DNA from: an uncultured delta proteobacterium | Lineage (GTDB): Bacteria > Myxococcota > Myxococcia > Myxococcales > Myxococcaceae | Direction: 5' to 3' | Length of the DNA stretch: 64,000 bases | Assembly (NCBI GenBank): GCA_963771175.1 | Contig: CAVYSY010000033.1 | Span: 192,001 to 256,000, forward strand | In this document: piece after piece, positions 1-10,532 of the stretch | Position numbering within the stretch: position 1 is the stretch's first letter | Layout of the letters: every line of letters begins with the position of its first letter | Position numbers and translations under genes: made by a program | Notes under the pieces: model-generated | The model's input: the letters and a program-made list of their open reading frames with translations, nothing else | Database searches by the model: none | Told to the model about the DNA's origin: nothing

Positions 1-495
1 CTTCCGCGAGACGAACACGCAGCAAGACGAAGACGAACCTGCTGCTCTTCCTCACGCCCTACATCATCCGCGACCAGCGGACTTCCGGCGCATCTTCGAG
101 CGCAAGATGAAGGAGCGGCAGCAGTTCGTGGAGCAGTTCTACGGCCAGGTGGCCGGCTACGAGGTGCCGATGGACTTCAGCCGCAAGACGGGTCCGCTGG
201 GCCGCATGCGCCAGGTGCGTGCAGACCGAGGAGAAGCAAGCTGGAGAACGGCGGCCCCGGCGTGCCGGGCGAGCGCGTCATCCGCCCCGAGGGCACGAGC
301 GGCACCCGGCCGGCCAGCCCCTCGCCCGGCGCCTCGGGCTCCTCGCCGCCCGGGGGCGGGGACAGTCTCGCCCGCGGAGCGGCGGTTCCTGACTCCAGTT
401 CCGTCGGAGGAGCCGGTCCCCGTGCAGCCTCCGCCCGCGCCCTCCCGAGGCAGGAGCGGCTCCGCATCCAGCCGGACGCCGGGGAAGAGAGATAG
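1..495 (+). CDS. gspD: T2SS secretin GspD, 3' fragment (frameshifted)
   Basis: Stitched frames read KTNLLLFLTPYIIRD..FRRIFERKMKERQQFVEQFY (secretin C-terminus) and end ..LRIQPDAGEER* just upstream of gspE. Confidence 0.85.
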   Translation, partial: LPRDEHAARRRRTCCSSSRPTSSATSGLPAHLRAQDEGAAAVRGAVLRPGGRLRGADGLQPQDGSAGPHAPGACRPRRSKLENGGPGVPGERVIRPEGTSGTRPASPSPGASGSSPPGGGDSLARGAAVPDSSSVGGAGPRAASARALPRQERLRIQPDAGEER

Positions 496-498
496 ACC

Positions 499-2306
499 AT
501 GAGCCTGCTCGCCGACGCTCCGCTCGCAAAGCGCGCCCGACGCCTCCACCCAGATCGTCACCCACGGTCCCGCCTACCTGTGCGGCCGGCCGCTGGGGGA
601 GATCCTCCGTGCCACCTCGGGCCTCACCGAGGAGAAGCTCCAGGAGGCGCTCCAGCTCCAGACCGAGAAGGGCGGCCGGCTGGGCGAGGTCCTGGTGGGC
701 ATGAAGGCCGTCAGCGAGGAGGACGTGGCCAAGGCGCTCGGCCTCCAGCTCGACATGCCCTACCTGGCGCGCCTCTTCCTCGAGGAGGTGGACGCCGAGC
801 TGGTCAAGCGGGTGCCCATCAACTTCGCCAAGCAGGCGCAGCTCCTGCCGCTCGCCGTGGATGGGGACGCCGTGGTCCTGGCGGTGGCGGATCCGCTGGA
901 CACCACCGTGCTGGACCACGCGCGCATGCTGCTGGGCGCAGAACATCCAGCCGCGCATCGCGCTCGGCTCCACCATCACTCGACGCCATCAACAGCGTCT
1001 ACGACCGCGCCTCCAACGAGGCCGAGCAGCTCGTGGACGAGCTGGAGGCCGACGGACCTCGACTCCCTCGCCCACGAGCTGGAGGAGGCTGAAGGACCTG
1101 CTCGACGACGCGGGCGACGAGGCGCCCATCATCCGCCTGGTCAACTCCGCTGCTCTTCCGCGCCGTCAAGGAGCGCGCCAGCGACATCCACATCGAGCCC
1201 GTGCGAGCGCGAGCTCGTGGTGCGCTTCCGCATGGACGGCGTGCTGCAGGAGATCATCAAGCCGCCCAAGCGCTACCAGAACGCCATCGTCAGCCGCGTG
1301 AAGATCATGGGCCAGCTCAACATCGCGGAGAAGCGCCTGCCCCAGGACGGCCGCATCCGCATCAAGATCGCCGGCCAGGACATCGACATCCGTCTGTCCG
1401 ACCATCCCCACCGCCTACGGCGAGCGCATCGTCATGCGCCTGCTGGACAAGAACGCCACGCTGCTGGACCTGACCGAGCTGGGCATGGCCGCCGACACGC
1501 TGGAGGGCATGGAGCACGTCATCCGCCGCCCGCACGGCATCATCCTGGTCACCGGCCCCACCGGCTAGCGGCAAGACGACCACGCTCTACGCCGCGCTCT
1601 CGCGCATCAACACGCCCGGACCTCAACATCCTCACCGTCGAGGACCCGGTGGAGTACCAGCTCACGGGCATCAACCAGATGCCGGTCAACCCGAAGATCG
1701 GCCTGACCTTCGCCCAGGGCCTGCGCGCCTTCCTGCGCCAGGACCCGGACGTCATCATGGTCGGCGAAATCCGCGACCAGGAGACGGCGGAGATCGCCAT
1801 CCAGGCCTCGCTGACCGGCCACCTGGTGTTCTCCACGCTGCACACCAACGACGCGGCCGGCGCCGTCACCCGCCTGGTCGACATGGGCGTCGAGCCCTTC
1901 CTGGTGGCCTCCTCGCTGCATCGGCCATCCTCGCCCAGCGCCTGGTGCGCCGCGTCTGCCCGGACTGCCGGGTGCCGTACACGCCCACCGAGGAGGAGCT
2001 GAAGGAGCTCGGCATGTCGCGGGCGCAGTTCAAGGAGCGCTACGGCGTGCGAGAAGATCTACAAGGCCGAGCCGGCTGCCCCACGTGCAGCAGAACGGCT
2101 ACCGGGGCCGCACCGCGATCTACGAGCTGATGCTGGTGGACGACGACGTGCGCCAGCTCGTCCTCAAGAACGTGGACTCCTCCACCATCAAGAAGGCCGG
2201 CGTCGACAAGGGCATGCGCACCCTGCTGCGACGACGGCGCGCGCAAGGTCGCCCTGGGCGAGACCACCATCGCCGAGGTCCTCAGCGTCACCCAGGAGGA
2301 TTCTAA
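499..2306 (+). CDS. gspE: T2SS ATPase GspE (multiple indels)
   Basis: N-terminal [13 protein letters not shown] segment, [22 protein letters not shown], Walker [40 protein letters not shown], CxxC motif, [12 protein letters not shown] across frames. Confidence 0.93.
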
Positions 2307-2314
2307 AGGACTCC

Positions 2315-2356
2315 CGCCCCGAGCCGCCGGAAGGGAAAGGCTCGGGGCGCGGTTTT
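2315..2356 (+). terminator. Stem-loop between gspE and gspF (terminator or mRNA stabiliser)
   Basis: 11-bp inverted repeat CGCCCCGAGCC...GGCTCGGGGCG followed by CGGTTTT. Confidence 0.5.
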
Positions 2357-2371
2357 ACTCCGCGAGCCACC

Positions 2372-3626
2372 ATGCCAGTCTTCGAGTACAAGGGCCTCAA
2401 TCGAGGCCGGAAAGCCCATCAGCGGGATGCGGGAGGCGGATTCGCCCAAGACCCTGCGCGCCCAGCTGCGCAAGGACGGCATCTTCCTCACGGACGTCAT
2501 CGGGAAGGCCGAGGGCAGCCGGCCGGCGTTCGCAAGGGCGCCAACGCGGCCCATGCGGACCGCGAGCTGAAGATGGGCGGCGGCGGCCGCATCACCACCG
2601 ATGACATCGCCATCACCACGCGCCAGCTCGCCACGCTGCTCGGCGCGGGCGTGACGCTGGTCGAGGCCCTCACCGCGCTGGTGGATCAGGTCGAGAAGGA
2701 GAAGCTCAAGCGCATCATCTCCGACGTGAAGCAGCGCGTGAACGAGGGCAAGTCCCTCGGTGACTCGCTCGCGGCCCACGAGAAGGTGTTCGGCGCGCTC
2801 TACGTCAACATGGTGCGCGCCGGCGAGCACTCGGGCGCGCTGGACGTGGTGCTGCTGCGTCTGGCCGACTTCACCGAGAGCCAGGCCAAGCTGCAGCAGA
2901 AGATCATCGGCACGATGACCTACCCGGCGATCATGATGGTGGTCGGCGTGGGCATCCTCACGCTGCTGATGGTGGTCGTCATCCCGAAGGTCACGAAGAT
3001 CTTCACCGACGATGAAGGCCACCCTGCCCTTCACCACCCGCATCCTCATCTGGGGCAGTCAACTTCCTGCGGGACTGGTGGTTCATCCTCTTCCCGCTCA
3101 TCGTGTCGGCATCATCTTCGGCCTGACGACGTACTTCCGCAGCCCCAAGGGCAAGCCGGTGTGGGATCGCTTCGTCCTCAAGGCGCCCATCTTCGGCAGC
3201 CTGCTGCGGCTGCTGGCCATCTCGCGCTTCTCCCGCACGCTCGCCACCCTGCTCAAGAGCGGCGTGCCGCTGCTGACGGCCATGGACATCGTCAAGGCGG
3301 TGATGACCAACTCGGTGCTGGCCGAGGTGGTCGAGAAGGCCCGCGACGCCATCCGCGAGGGCGAGAGCATCGCCGGGCCGCTCAAGCGCTCGGGCGAGTT
3401 CCCCCCGCTCGTCTACCACATGGTCGCCATCGGCGAGCGCTCCGGCCAGCTCGAGGACATGCTCCTCAACGTGGCCGACAGCTACGAGAACCAGGTGAAC
3501 GTGCGCATCGGCGCCCTCACCTCCATGCTCGAGCCCATCCTCATCGTGTTCATGGGCGTGATCATTGCATTCGTCGCCTTCTCGATCCTGATGCCGATTC
3601 TGCAGGTGAACTCGGCCATCCGGTGA
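2372..3626 (+). CDS. gspF: T2SS inner membrane platform protein GspF (indels)
   Basis: MPVFEYKGL start; TRQLATLLGAGV..GEHSGALD and SRTLATLLKSGVPL..GERSGQLE..LEPILIV repeats typical of GspF/PilC. Confidence 0.93.
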
Positions 3627-3639
3627 GGGAGGCATCCCG

Positions 3640-3789
3640 ATGAACGACTCGCTCGACCGGTGGATCCAGGGCGTTACCCTCGCGGCGCTGCTCGCCCTGA
3701 CGGCGACGCTGCTCACCGTGGGGGTGGCCCTGTACTCCGCCGACTCCGAGGCCGGCACGACGGCCAGCAGCAGCACGACGCAACCCTAG
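3640..3789 (+). CDS. 49-aa single-TM small protein inside the gsp operon
   Basis: GGGAGG RBS; MNDSLDRWIQGVTLAALLALTATLLTVGVALYSADSEAGTTASSSTTQP*; GC-rich third codon positions; below the ORF-track cutoff. Confidence 0.6.
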   Translation: MNDSLDRWIQGVTLAALLALTATLLTVGVALYSADSEAGTTASSSTTQP

Positions 3790-3855
3790 GACATTTTGAC
3801 AGCAACCACTCCCCAACGACCCGGCGGCTTGCCGAAAAGTCACGAGAGGACAGAC

Positions 3856-4278
3856 ATGAGCGACAAGAAGACGAAGCAGCAGCGTCGCCGCCAGCGCGGC
3901 ATGACCCTCATCGAGATCATGGTGGTGATCACCATCCTCGGCCTGATCATGGCCGCGGTGGGCGTGGCCGTCATTCCGAAGCTCGACGAGGCCAAGCAGG
4001 ACACGGCGCGGCTGGACATGGCCAACATCAACCAGGCCCTCAAGCTCTACTACGCCAAGAAGGGCAAGTTCCCCGACACCGGCACCGGCCTGAAGGCCCT
4101 GGTGGACACCAACAACCTGGAGCGCATCCCCACCGATCCGTGGGGCCACGAGTACATGTACATGAACGAGGGCGGCAAGCCCGTCATCATGTCCTACGGC
4201 GCGGACGGCACCGCCGGCGGCGAGGGCCCGGACTCGGACATCTCCTCGAAGGACTCGGCCGCCTCGGCCCAGAAGTAG
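3856..4278 (+). CDS. gspG: Major pseudopilin GspG
   Basis: QRG|MTLIEIMVV prepilin site; DPWGHEY..MSYGADG..GGEG motif. Confidence 0.93.
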   Translation: MSDKKTKQQRRRQRGMTLIEIMVVITILGLIMAAVGVAVIPKLDEAKQDTARLDMANINQALKLYYAKKGKFPDTGTGLKALVDTNNLERIPTDPWGHEYMYMNEGGKPVIMSYGADGTAGGEGPDSDISSKDSAASAQK

Positions 4279-4309
4279 CAAGCAAGACGCGAAGACAGGA
4301 ACGACGATC

Positions 4310-4792
4310 ATGACTCCCGAGCACGCCCCCACGCACATGCAGACCGAAGAGACGGTGCGCCCGTCCCGCGTGGGGCGGCTCATCGTCGCCCTCGTCATCC
4401 TCGCGGCCACCGCGGGGGCCTTCGGCATCGCCCGCCTCACCTTCGACCCGACGCTCAGCCTGGTGCAGCGCCAGGCGCGAGCGGAGATCCGCGGCCTGGA
4501 GGGCTACTTCAAGTCCTTCCACCGCATCACCGGGCGCTTCCCCTCCCAGGCGGAGAACTTCTATCCGCTCCTCCAGGTGGGTCTCATCAAGGAGATCCCC
4601 GTGGATCCCTGGGGCCGCACGTACCAGTACCGGATGGACGGCGGGAAGGGCTACGTCATGTCGTACGGCTCGGACGGTGTGCCCGGTGGCACCGGGGATG
4701 CCTCGGACCTCATCAGCGGCGGCGTGCTGAACAACGCCATCTTGGGCACGCCCCAGCAGCAGCAGGAGGCGGCACAGGGAGGACAGCCATGA
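4310..4792 (+). CDS. Second GspG-domain protein lacking a canonical prepilin cleavage site
   Basis: TM helix plus DPWGRTYQY..MSYGSDGVPGG; no G|[FM]TLxE motif. Confidence 0.8.
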   Translation: MTPEHAPTHMQTEETVRPSRVGRLIVALVILAATAGAFGIARLTFDPTLSLVQRQARAEIRGLEGYFKSFHRITGRFPSQAENFYPLLQVGLIKEIPVDPWGRTYQYRMDGGKGYVMSYGSDGVPGGTGDASDLISGGVLNNAILGTPQQQQEAAQGGQP

Positions 4793-5499
4793 GCGTGCTC
4801 GCTCGCCAGCGGGCTCGGGAGCGCGGCCTCACCCTCATCGAGGTGTCGATCTCGCTGGCCATCGCCGCGGTGCTGTTCGCCGCCGTCACCATCTCCATCG
4901 GCGCCGTCACCGGCGCCAAGGCCAAGGCATCCGCCAGCGAGCTGGCCGGCGTCATGCGCTCGCTGTACGACACCGCCGCGCTCAGCGGGAAGACGTGCCG
5001 GCTCGTCTTCGAGCTGGCCGATCCCAAGGCCGAGGACAGCGCCACGAGCTACCACGCCGAGTGCGCCGCGGGGAACGTCACCACCTCGCGCGACCGCGAC
5101 GAGATGCTGCGCGAGGAGAGCCGCGACCGTGAGAAGCGCGACAAGGGAGGCGACTCGCGCCGCAACTACACCCGCGGCAGCGACGGCGAGCCCGGGCTGG
5201 ACGAGATCATGGCCCAGGAGGAGGGCCGCGTGGAGGACGCCGCGCGCTTCTCCGCCTTCACCGCCGAGGAGCTCAAGCCCCGCGAGCTGCCCGGGGGCGT
5301 CGCCGTCTCCATCTGGACGCGCCACCAGCGCGAGGCCATCGACAAGGGGGTCGCCTACCTCTACTTCTTCCCCCAGGGTTACACGGAGAAGGCCCACGTC
5401 TACGTGCGCCAGGGAGACAACGTCTGGACGCTCACCGTCGCCCCGCTGACCGGCAAGGTCACCATCGTGGGCGAGGCGCTGGAGGTTCCCCGGTCATGA
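4789..5499 (+). CDS. gspH: Minor pseudopilin GspH
   Basis: ERG|LTLIEV; LYFFPQG..LTGKV C-terminal motif; operon position. Confidence 0.8.
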   Translation: MSVLARQRARERGLTLIEVSISLAIAAVLFAAVTISIGAVTGAKAKASASELAGVMRSLYDTAALSGKTCRLVFELADPKAEDSATSYHAECAAGNVTTSRDRDEMLREESRDREKRDKGGDSRRNYTRGSDGEPGLDEIMAQEEGRVEDAARFSAFTAEELKPRELPGGVAVSIWTRHQREAIDKGVAYLYFFPQGYTEKAHVYVRQGDNVWTLTVAPLTGKVTIVGEALEVPRS

Positions 5500-6347
5500 G
5501 ACGCAACCGCGGCTTCACCCTGCTGGAGACGGTGGTGGCGCTCGCCATCCTGGCGATGGCGCTGATGGCCATCTTCGACATCAACTCCGGCGCGATCGCC
5601 AACCACTCCTACGCCAAGAAGCTCACCGTGGCCACGCTCCTGGCCCGCTCGAAGATGACGGACCTGGAGCAGACGCTCTACGACGACGGCTTCGCCGCCG
5701 ACGACAAGGAGGAGTCCGGTGACTTCTCCGAGGAGGGCTGGGACAACTTCAAGTGGCGGGCGAAGATCATCGCCCCGCAGACGGACGGCGTGTCGCCGGA
5801 TCAGCTCATTGGAGCCATCTTCAACCTCCCCATCGGAGAGGGCGGAGACCTGGGCGGCCTGGCCTCCATGTTTGGCGGAGGCGGGGGCAAGGACGACAAG
5901 GGCGGGCCCCAGCAGGGCATGAATCCCATGGCCGGCGCGGCGATGGGCATGGCCCAGCCCATGTTCACCCAGATGGTGCAGCAGATCACCCAGACGGTGC
6001 GCGAGGTGCACCTCACCGTCTACTGGAAGGACGGCACGCAGGTGGAGAGCCTGGACCTGGTCACCCACGTGGTGTCGCTGGGCCCCGGCTCGGACCGCAA
6101 CGGCGGGTTCCAGCCCAGCAGCGGCACGCAGCCGGGGGACACGTCCAACCAGTGGGTGAACCCGAGCACCGGCTTCATCGTGCAGAACGCCGTCGCGGGC
6201 CCCGGCGGAATGGTGGACCCGGCGACCGGTCAGCAGTTGATGCGGCGCTCGGACTGGCTGCAGCAGCGGGGTGGTGGTGCCGGCGGCGGAGGCATCGTGC
6301 CGCCCGGCGGTCTGCCCGGCCTGCCGGGGGAGGTGAAGCCTCGATGA
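5496..6347 (+). CDS. gspI: Minor pseudopilin GspI with Gly-rich extensions
   Basis: NRG|FTLLETVVALAIL; VREVHLTVYW. Confidence 0.8.
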   Translation: MRRNRGFTLLETVVALAILAMALMAIFDINSGAIANHSYAKKLTVATLLARSKMTDLEQTLYDDGFAADDKEESGDFSEEGWDNFKWRAKIIAPQTDGVSPDQLIGAIFNLPIGEGGDLGGLASMFGGGGGKDDKGGPQQGMNPMAGAAMGMAQPMFTQMVQQITQTVREVHLTVYWKDGTQVESLDLVTHVVSLGPGSDRNGGFQPSSGTQPGDTSNQWVNPSTGFIVQNAVAGPGGMVDPATGQQLMRRSDWLQQRGGGAGGGGIVPPGGLPGLPGEVKPR

Positions 6348-7015
6348 AGCGCTCGGCGCGTGGTTTCACGCTGATGGAGATCATGATCGCCGTGGCCATC
6401 ACCGCCCTCATGGGCGCGATGGTAGCCATGGCCTTCCAGACGGGCTTCAACGCCAAGGAAGTGGTGGAGACCGAGGCCGACCACTACCGCATGCTGCGCG
6501 TGGCCATGAACCGCATGGCGCGGGAGATCAGCTCGGCGTACGTGAGCGACCGCTACGACGGGCGGCGCTACCGGGACCAGAACGACCGGCCGACCAACTT
6601 CGTGGGCGAGGAGGACCGGCTGCTCTTCACCACCTTCTCGCACCAGCGCATGTACACGGACGCCAAGGAGTCCGATCAGGCGATCGTGGAGTACTCCATC
6701 CAGTCGTCCTCCGAACGAGGGGCCAACGGTCGTCAGGACCTGATGCGCCGCGAGAATCCGAATGTTGAAGACCGAATGGACCGCGGCGGAACCACGGATG
6801 TGCTCTTCGAGGGAGTAAAGAAGCTGGAGCTCGCCTACTGGAACAGCGAGCGGAAGGAGTGGGACGACGAGTGGGACACCCGCCGGCTGGAGCAGAAGAC
6901 AAAGCTCCCCACGCGTGTTCGCATCACCCTGGTAGCGCTCGACGAGAACGGCAAGGAAGTGCGCTACACCACCCAGACCCGTGTGATGCTCAACACGGAG
7001 CTCCCCCGGTACTGA
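6344..7015 (+). CDS. gspJ: Minor pseudopilin GspJ
   Basis: ARG|FTLMEIMIA; WDDEWD..LPTRVRITL. Confidence 0.85.
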   Translation: MKRSARGFTLMEIMIAVAITALMGAMVAMAFQTGFNAKEVVETEADHYRMLRVAMNRMAREISSAYVSDRYDGRRYRDQNDRPTNFVGEEDRLLFTTFSHQRMYTDAKESDQAIVEYSIQSSSERGANGRQDLMRRENPNVEDRMDRGGTTDVLFEGVKKLELAYWNSERKEWDDEWDTRRLEQKTKLPTRVRITLVALDENGKEVRYTTQTRVMLNTELPRY

Positions 7016-7016
7016 G

Positions 7017-8375
7017 ATGAAGAGCCCCAAGCATGAGAAGGCCCGGCGGGCGAACGCTCGCCGCGATGCCCGCCAGAAGCGCGCTCAGCGCGGCGTGGCG
7101 CTCATCATCGCGGTGGTGGCCATCACCCTGCTGACCGTGGTGGCCACGGAGTTCGCCTACAACACGCGCGTGGACCTCCAGCTCGCGGCCAACCAGCGCG
7201 ACGAGCTGCAGGCCACGTACATGGCGCGCTCCGGCGTGGCGCTCTCGCGCCTGCTGCTGCGCTTCCAGAAGCAGGTGGACCAGACGCCCATCCCCAACAT
7301 CGGGGACATGCTGCGCAACCTCCCGGGCATGGGAGGCGGCGCGGGAGCGGGCGCCGGCGCGCAGCAGCCCGCCTCCACGCTCAACCTCCAGCTCTGGAAG
7401 CTGGCCCGGGTGGACTGCCACATGCTCCGGGGCCTGGTGAAGGGCGGCGGCGCCGAGGTCGAGGGTGAGGAGGAAGGCCCCGTTGCCCCCGCGCTCCACG
7501 ACGAAGAGGACGAGAAGTCGTCCGAGGTCTCGCTGGCCCCCGCCAAGCGCTCCTTCGGCAGCTTCGACGGCTGCTTCCTCTCCACCATCTCGGACGAGGA
7601 GGAGAAGCTCAACCTGCACCGCCTCAACGCGGGCAGTGGCGATGCGCTCCCCACCATCATGCGGTTGATGGACCTGCTCGGGGACAAGCGCTTCGAGTTC
7701 CTGTTCTCGCGCGAGGATGCCAACGGCGCCCGCGTGAACCCGCAGGACGTCATCATCGCCATCAAGGACTGGGTGGACGAGGACCAGGTGCAGTCGGCGC
7801 TGAACGTCAATGATCCGGTCAATCCGCTCACCGCCGGCTTCTCCGACGAGGGCTCGCCCTACAGCCGCTACGAGCCGCGCTACCAGCCGAAGAACGCGCG
7901 CTTCGACAGCATGGACGAGCTGTACCGCATCCATGGGGTGTCGGATCGCTTCATGGCCGCCTTCCGGGACCGGCTCACCGTGTACCCGGACGTCAACTCC
8001 AAGCCCAACGTCAACACGGATGACCCGCTGATGATCTACATGGCCATCCTGTCGGCGGCGGACCCGGCGCGACCGGACCCGCGGTTGAAGGACCCGGTCT
8101 TCGTGCAAGAACTCATCACCCGCATCCGCTCGGCGCGGGCCTTCAGCTTCCTGGGGACGAGCGTGGCCGACTTCGTGACGGCCATCGAGTCCGCGGGCAT
8201 CGCCGTCAACCCGGCCCTCAAGGCGAACGTGGCTGGCAACCGCCTGCTGGGCGACAAGAGCAACACTTTCAGCATCAAGTCCGTGGGTGAGGCGGGGTCG
8301 GTCCAGAAGACCATCACCGCCGTCATCAAGCTCGACACCGGGCTCGGACAACTCCTGTATTGGAGAGAGGAATAA
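7017..8375 (+). CDS. gspK: Minor pseudopilin GspK
   Basis: QRG|VALII; DEEEKLNL; AIKDWVDED; FDSMDELYRIHGV; NVNT. Confidence 0.9.
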   Translation: MKSPKHEKARRANARRDARQKRAQRGVALIIAVVAITLLTVVATEFAYNTRVDLQLAANQRDELQATYMARSGVALSRLLLRFQKQVDQTPIPNIGDMLRNLPGMGGGAGAGAGAQQPASTLNLQLWKLARVDCHMLRGLVKGGGAEVEGEEEGPVAPALHDEEDEKSSEVSLAPAKRSFGSFDGCFLSTISDEEEKLNLHRLNAGSGDALPTIMRLMDLLGDKRFEFLFSREDANGARVNPQDVIIAIKDWVDEDQVQSALNVNDPVNPLTAGFSDEGSPYSRYEPRYQPKNARFDSMDELYRIHGVSDRFMAAFRDRLTVYPDVNSKPNVNTDDPLMIYMAILSAADPARPDPRLKDPVFVQELITRIRSARAFSFLGTSVADFVTAIESAGIAVNPALKANVAGNRLLGDKSNTFSIKSVGEAGSVQKTITAVIKLDTGLGQLLYWREE

Positions 8376-8378
8376 CGA

Positions 8379-9971
8379 ATGGCCCGGATTCTTGGTCTGG
8401 ACCTGGGCAGCCACTCGGTGAAGGGGTTGCTGCTCGACGCGAATACGCGGAACCCGGTCGTGAAGGCCTACGCCGAAGTGCGCCGTGCTCCCGAGGGAGA
8501 TCGTCAGGAGACGCTGCGCGCGGCGCTGCGTGAGTTGCTGGCGAAGCCGGAGCTGCAACACCCGGATCAGGTGGTGGTAGCACTGCCCGGCCAGTCGCTG
8601 GCCACGCACCAGCTCGCCCTGCCCTTCAGCGACCCGAAGCGGATCGAGTCCACCATCGCCTTCGAGGTGGAGAGCCAGCTTCCGTTCGACCTGAGCGCGG
8701 CTGTCTACGACTACCAGATCGCCTCGCAGGTGAAGGACAAGGGTAGCGAGCTGATCGTGGGCGTGGTGCGCCGCGAGGAGCTGTCGACGCTGCTCGGAGT
8801 GCTCAACGAGGTGGGGGTGGACCCGCGTGTGGTGACGCACCCGGGCATCACCTACCAGAACCTGCTGCAGCAGCCGGAGCTCTTCGCGGGCATCGACGCG
8901 GAGACGGTAGCCATCGTGGACATCGGTCACGAGCGCACGACGCTGGCGATCGGCCGGCCCGGTCAGGGAGTGGAGTTCGCGCGCACCTTCGCCGGCGGCG
9001 GGCAGAACCTCAGCCGCGCGCTGGCCACCGAGTTCCAGACGCCGCTGCCCGAGGCGCACCAGTGGAAGGAGACGCACGGAGCGCTGGCGAGCGCGGCCCA
9101 GGCCCAGGGGCCGGATGGCGAGCGCGCCGCGGGGGCCTTCGTGCGAGGCCTGCAGGCGGTGCTGCGCGAGCTGCGCCCGTCCTTCAAGGCCTACACCGCG
9201 CGCACCCGCCGGCAGGTGGGCGCCGTGCTGCTGTGCGGCGGTACCGCGCGCATGCCGGGCATCGCCGAGCAGCTCTCCAAGGACCTGGGAATGCCGGTGC
9301 ACGTGCTGGCGCAGCCGCAGGAGACGTCGGCCGCGGCACCCGCCACGGTGCAGCCAGAGGCGATGCAGGCGTACGCGCTCGCGCTGCGTGGCCAGGCCTC
9401 GGGCGCCAAGGCGCCGCGCTTCAACCTGCGCCGGGGCGAGTTCGCCTTCAAGGGTGACTACGACTACATCAAGGACAAGATGGGGCTGCTGGCCTCGTTC
9501 GCCGCCACCCTGCTGCTGCTGCTGATCGCCACCGGCGTGGTGCGCAACTCGGTGCTGGCGCGGCGCGAGGCCCAGGTGGACGCCGTGCTGTGCGACGTCA
9601 CCCAGCGCATCCTCGGCGCGTGCGAGAAGAACTACGACCTCGCGCTCAACAAGCTCAAGGGCGTGGAGAGCCCCGCCGCGGCGCTGCCGAAGATGTCGGC
9701 CGTCAACCTGCTGGCGGAGATGACGCAGCGGGTGCCGGCGGACGTGCCGGTGACGTTCGACCGCATCGACATCGACCTCGAGCGCATCACCGTGCGCGGC
9801 GAGACGGACAGCTCCAAGCAGATCGACACCATCGCCGCCGCCCTCAAGGGCCACCGCTGCTTCAAGGAAGTGAAGGAGGGCAAGGTGGAGAAGACCCAGG
9901 GCAACAAGGTGACGTTCCGCCTGGACATCCAGGTGCAGTGCCCCGAGCAGGCCCAGGGCGGGGAGGGCTAG
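8379..9971 (+). CDS. gspL: GspL (PilM-like actin-fold domain, TM, PilN-like periplasmic domain)
   Basis: ILGLDLGSHSVK, IVDIGHERT, LCGGTARMPG; TM near residue 375; periplasmic tail. Confidence 0.85.
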   Translation: MARILGLDLGSHSVKGLLLDANTRNPVVKAYAEVRRAPEGDRQETLRAALRELLAKPELQHPDQVVVALPGQSLATHQLALPFSDPKRIESTIAFEVESQLPFDLSAAVYDYQIASQVKDKGSELIVGVVRREELSTLLGVLNEVGVDPRVVTHPGITYQNLLQQPELFAGIDAETVAIVDIGHERTTLAIGRPGQGVEFARTFAGGGQNLSRALATEFQTPLPEAHQWKETHGALASAAQAQGPDGERAAGAFVRGLQAVLRELRPSFKAYTARTRRQVGAVLLCGGTARMPGIAEQLSKDLGMPVHVLAQPQETSAAAPATVQPEAMQAYALALRGQASGAKAPRFNLRRGEFAFKGDYDYIKDKMGLLASFAATLLLLLIATGVVRNSVLARREAQVDAVLCDVTQRILGACEKNYDLALNKLKGVESPAAALPKMSAVNLLAEMTQRVPADVPVTFDRIDIDLERITVRGETDSSKQIDTIAAALKGHRCFKEVKEGKVEKTQGNKVTFRLDIQVQCPEQAQGGEG

Positions 9972-9974
9972 GAC

Positions 9975-10532
9975 ATGGAAAAGATTCGCGGACTCCTCAA
10001 CGACGCACGCGCCTGGTTCGAGCGGCTGAGCACCCGGGAGCGCCGGATGGTGCTGACCACCGGGGGCGCGGTGCTGGCCTTCGTGCTGTTCATCATCCTC
10101 TACTCCTTCTCCAACACCGCGGACTCGTACCGCAAGCGCACGGACCAGAAGCTGGCCAAGCTGCGCGAGGTGCAGACGCTCGCGGCCAGCTACCGGCAGG
10201 CCACCGAGGCGCGGCAGGCGGTGGAGCAGCAGCTCACCTCCAGCGACGTGCGGCTCATGAGCTACATCGAGGACAAGGCCACCCGCGCGGGGCTGACCGT
10301 GCCCAACATGACGCCCAAGAACGACGTGGGCATCGGCGACGGGCAGATCATCGAGAGCTCGGTGGAGCTGACGTTCACCGACGTGGACCTGCGCAAGTTG
10401 CACACCTTCCTCATCGACGTGGAGAGCGGGCCGGGCGTGGTGAAGGTGAAGAACCTGCGCCTCGAGCCGCGCGCCTCCGCTGAAACCCTGACGGCCTGGA
10501 CGACCGTCGCCACCTACAAGATGAAGCAATGA
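9975..10532 (+). CDS. gspM: T2SS protein GspM
   Basis: WFERLSTRERRMV then TM helix; operon position. Confidence 0.85.
   Translation: MEKIRGLLNDARAWFERLSTRERRMVLTTGGAVLAFVLFIILYSFSNTADSYRKRTDQKLAKLREVQTLAASYRQATEARQAVEQQLTSSDVRLMSYIEDKATRAGLTVPNMTPKNDVGIGDGQIIESSVELTFTDVDLRKLHTFLIDVESGPGVVKVKNLRLEPRASAETLTAWTTVATYKMKQ

Noticed and set aside
499..3626. gspE/gspF and topoisomerase genes as pseudogenes or programmed frameshifts
   Set aside because: Motifs are intact, indels are scattered without slippery-site patterns, and neighbouring operon genes are intact; assembly error is more likely
6990..10529. 1179-aa minus-strand ORF, plus 31084-35454 (1456 aa) and similar long antisense ORFs
   Set aside because: Shadow ORFs opposite well-supported genes; expected from high-GC codon bias; no recognisable motifs
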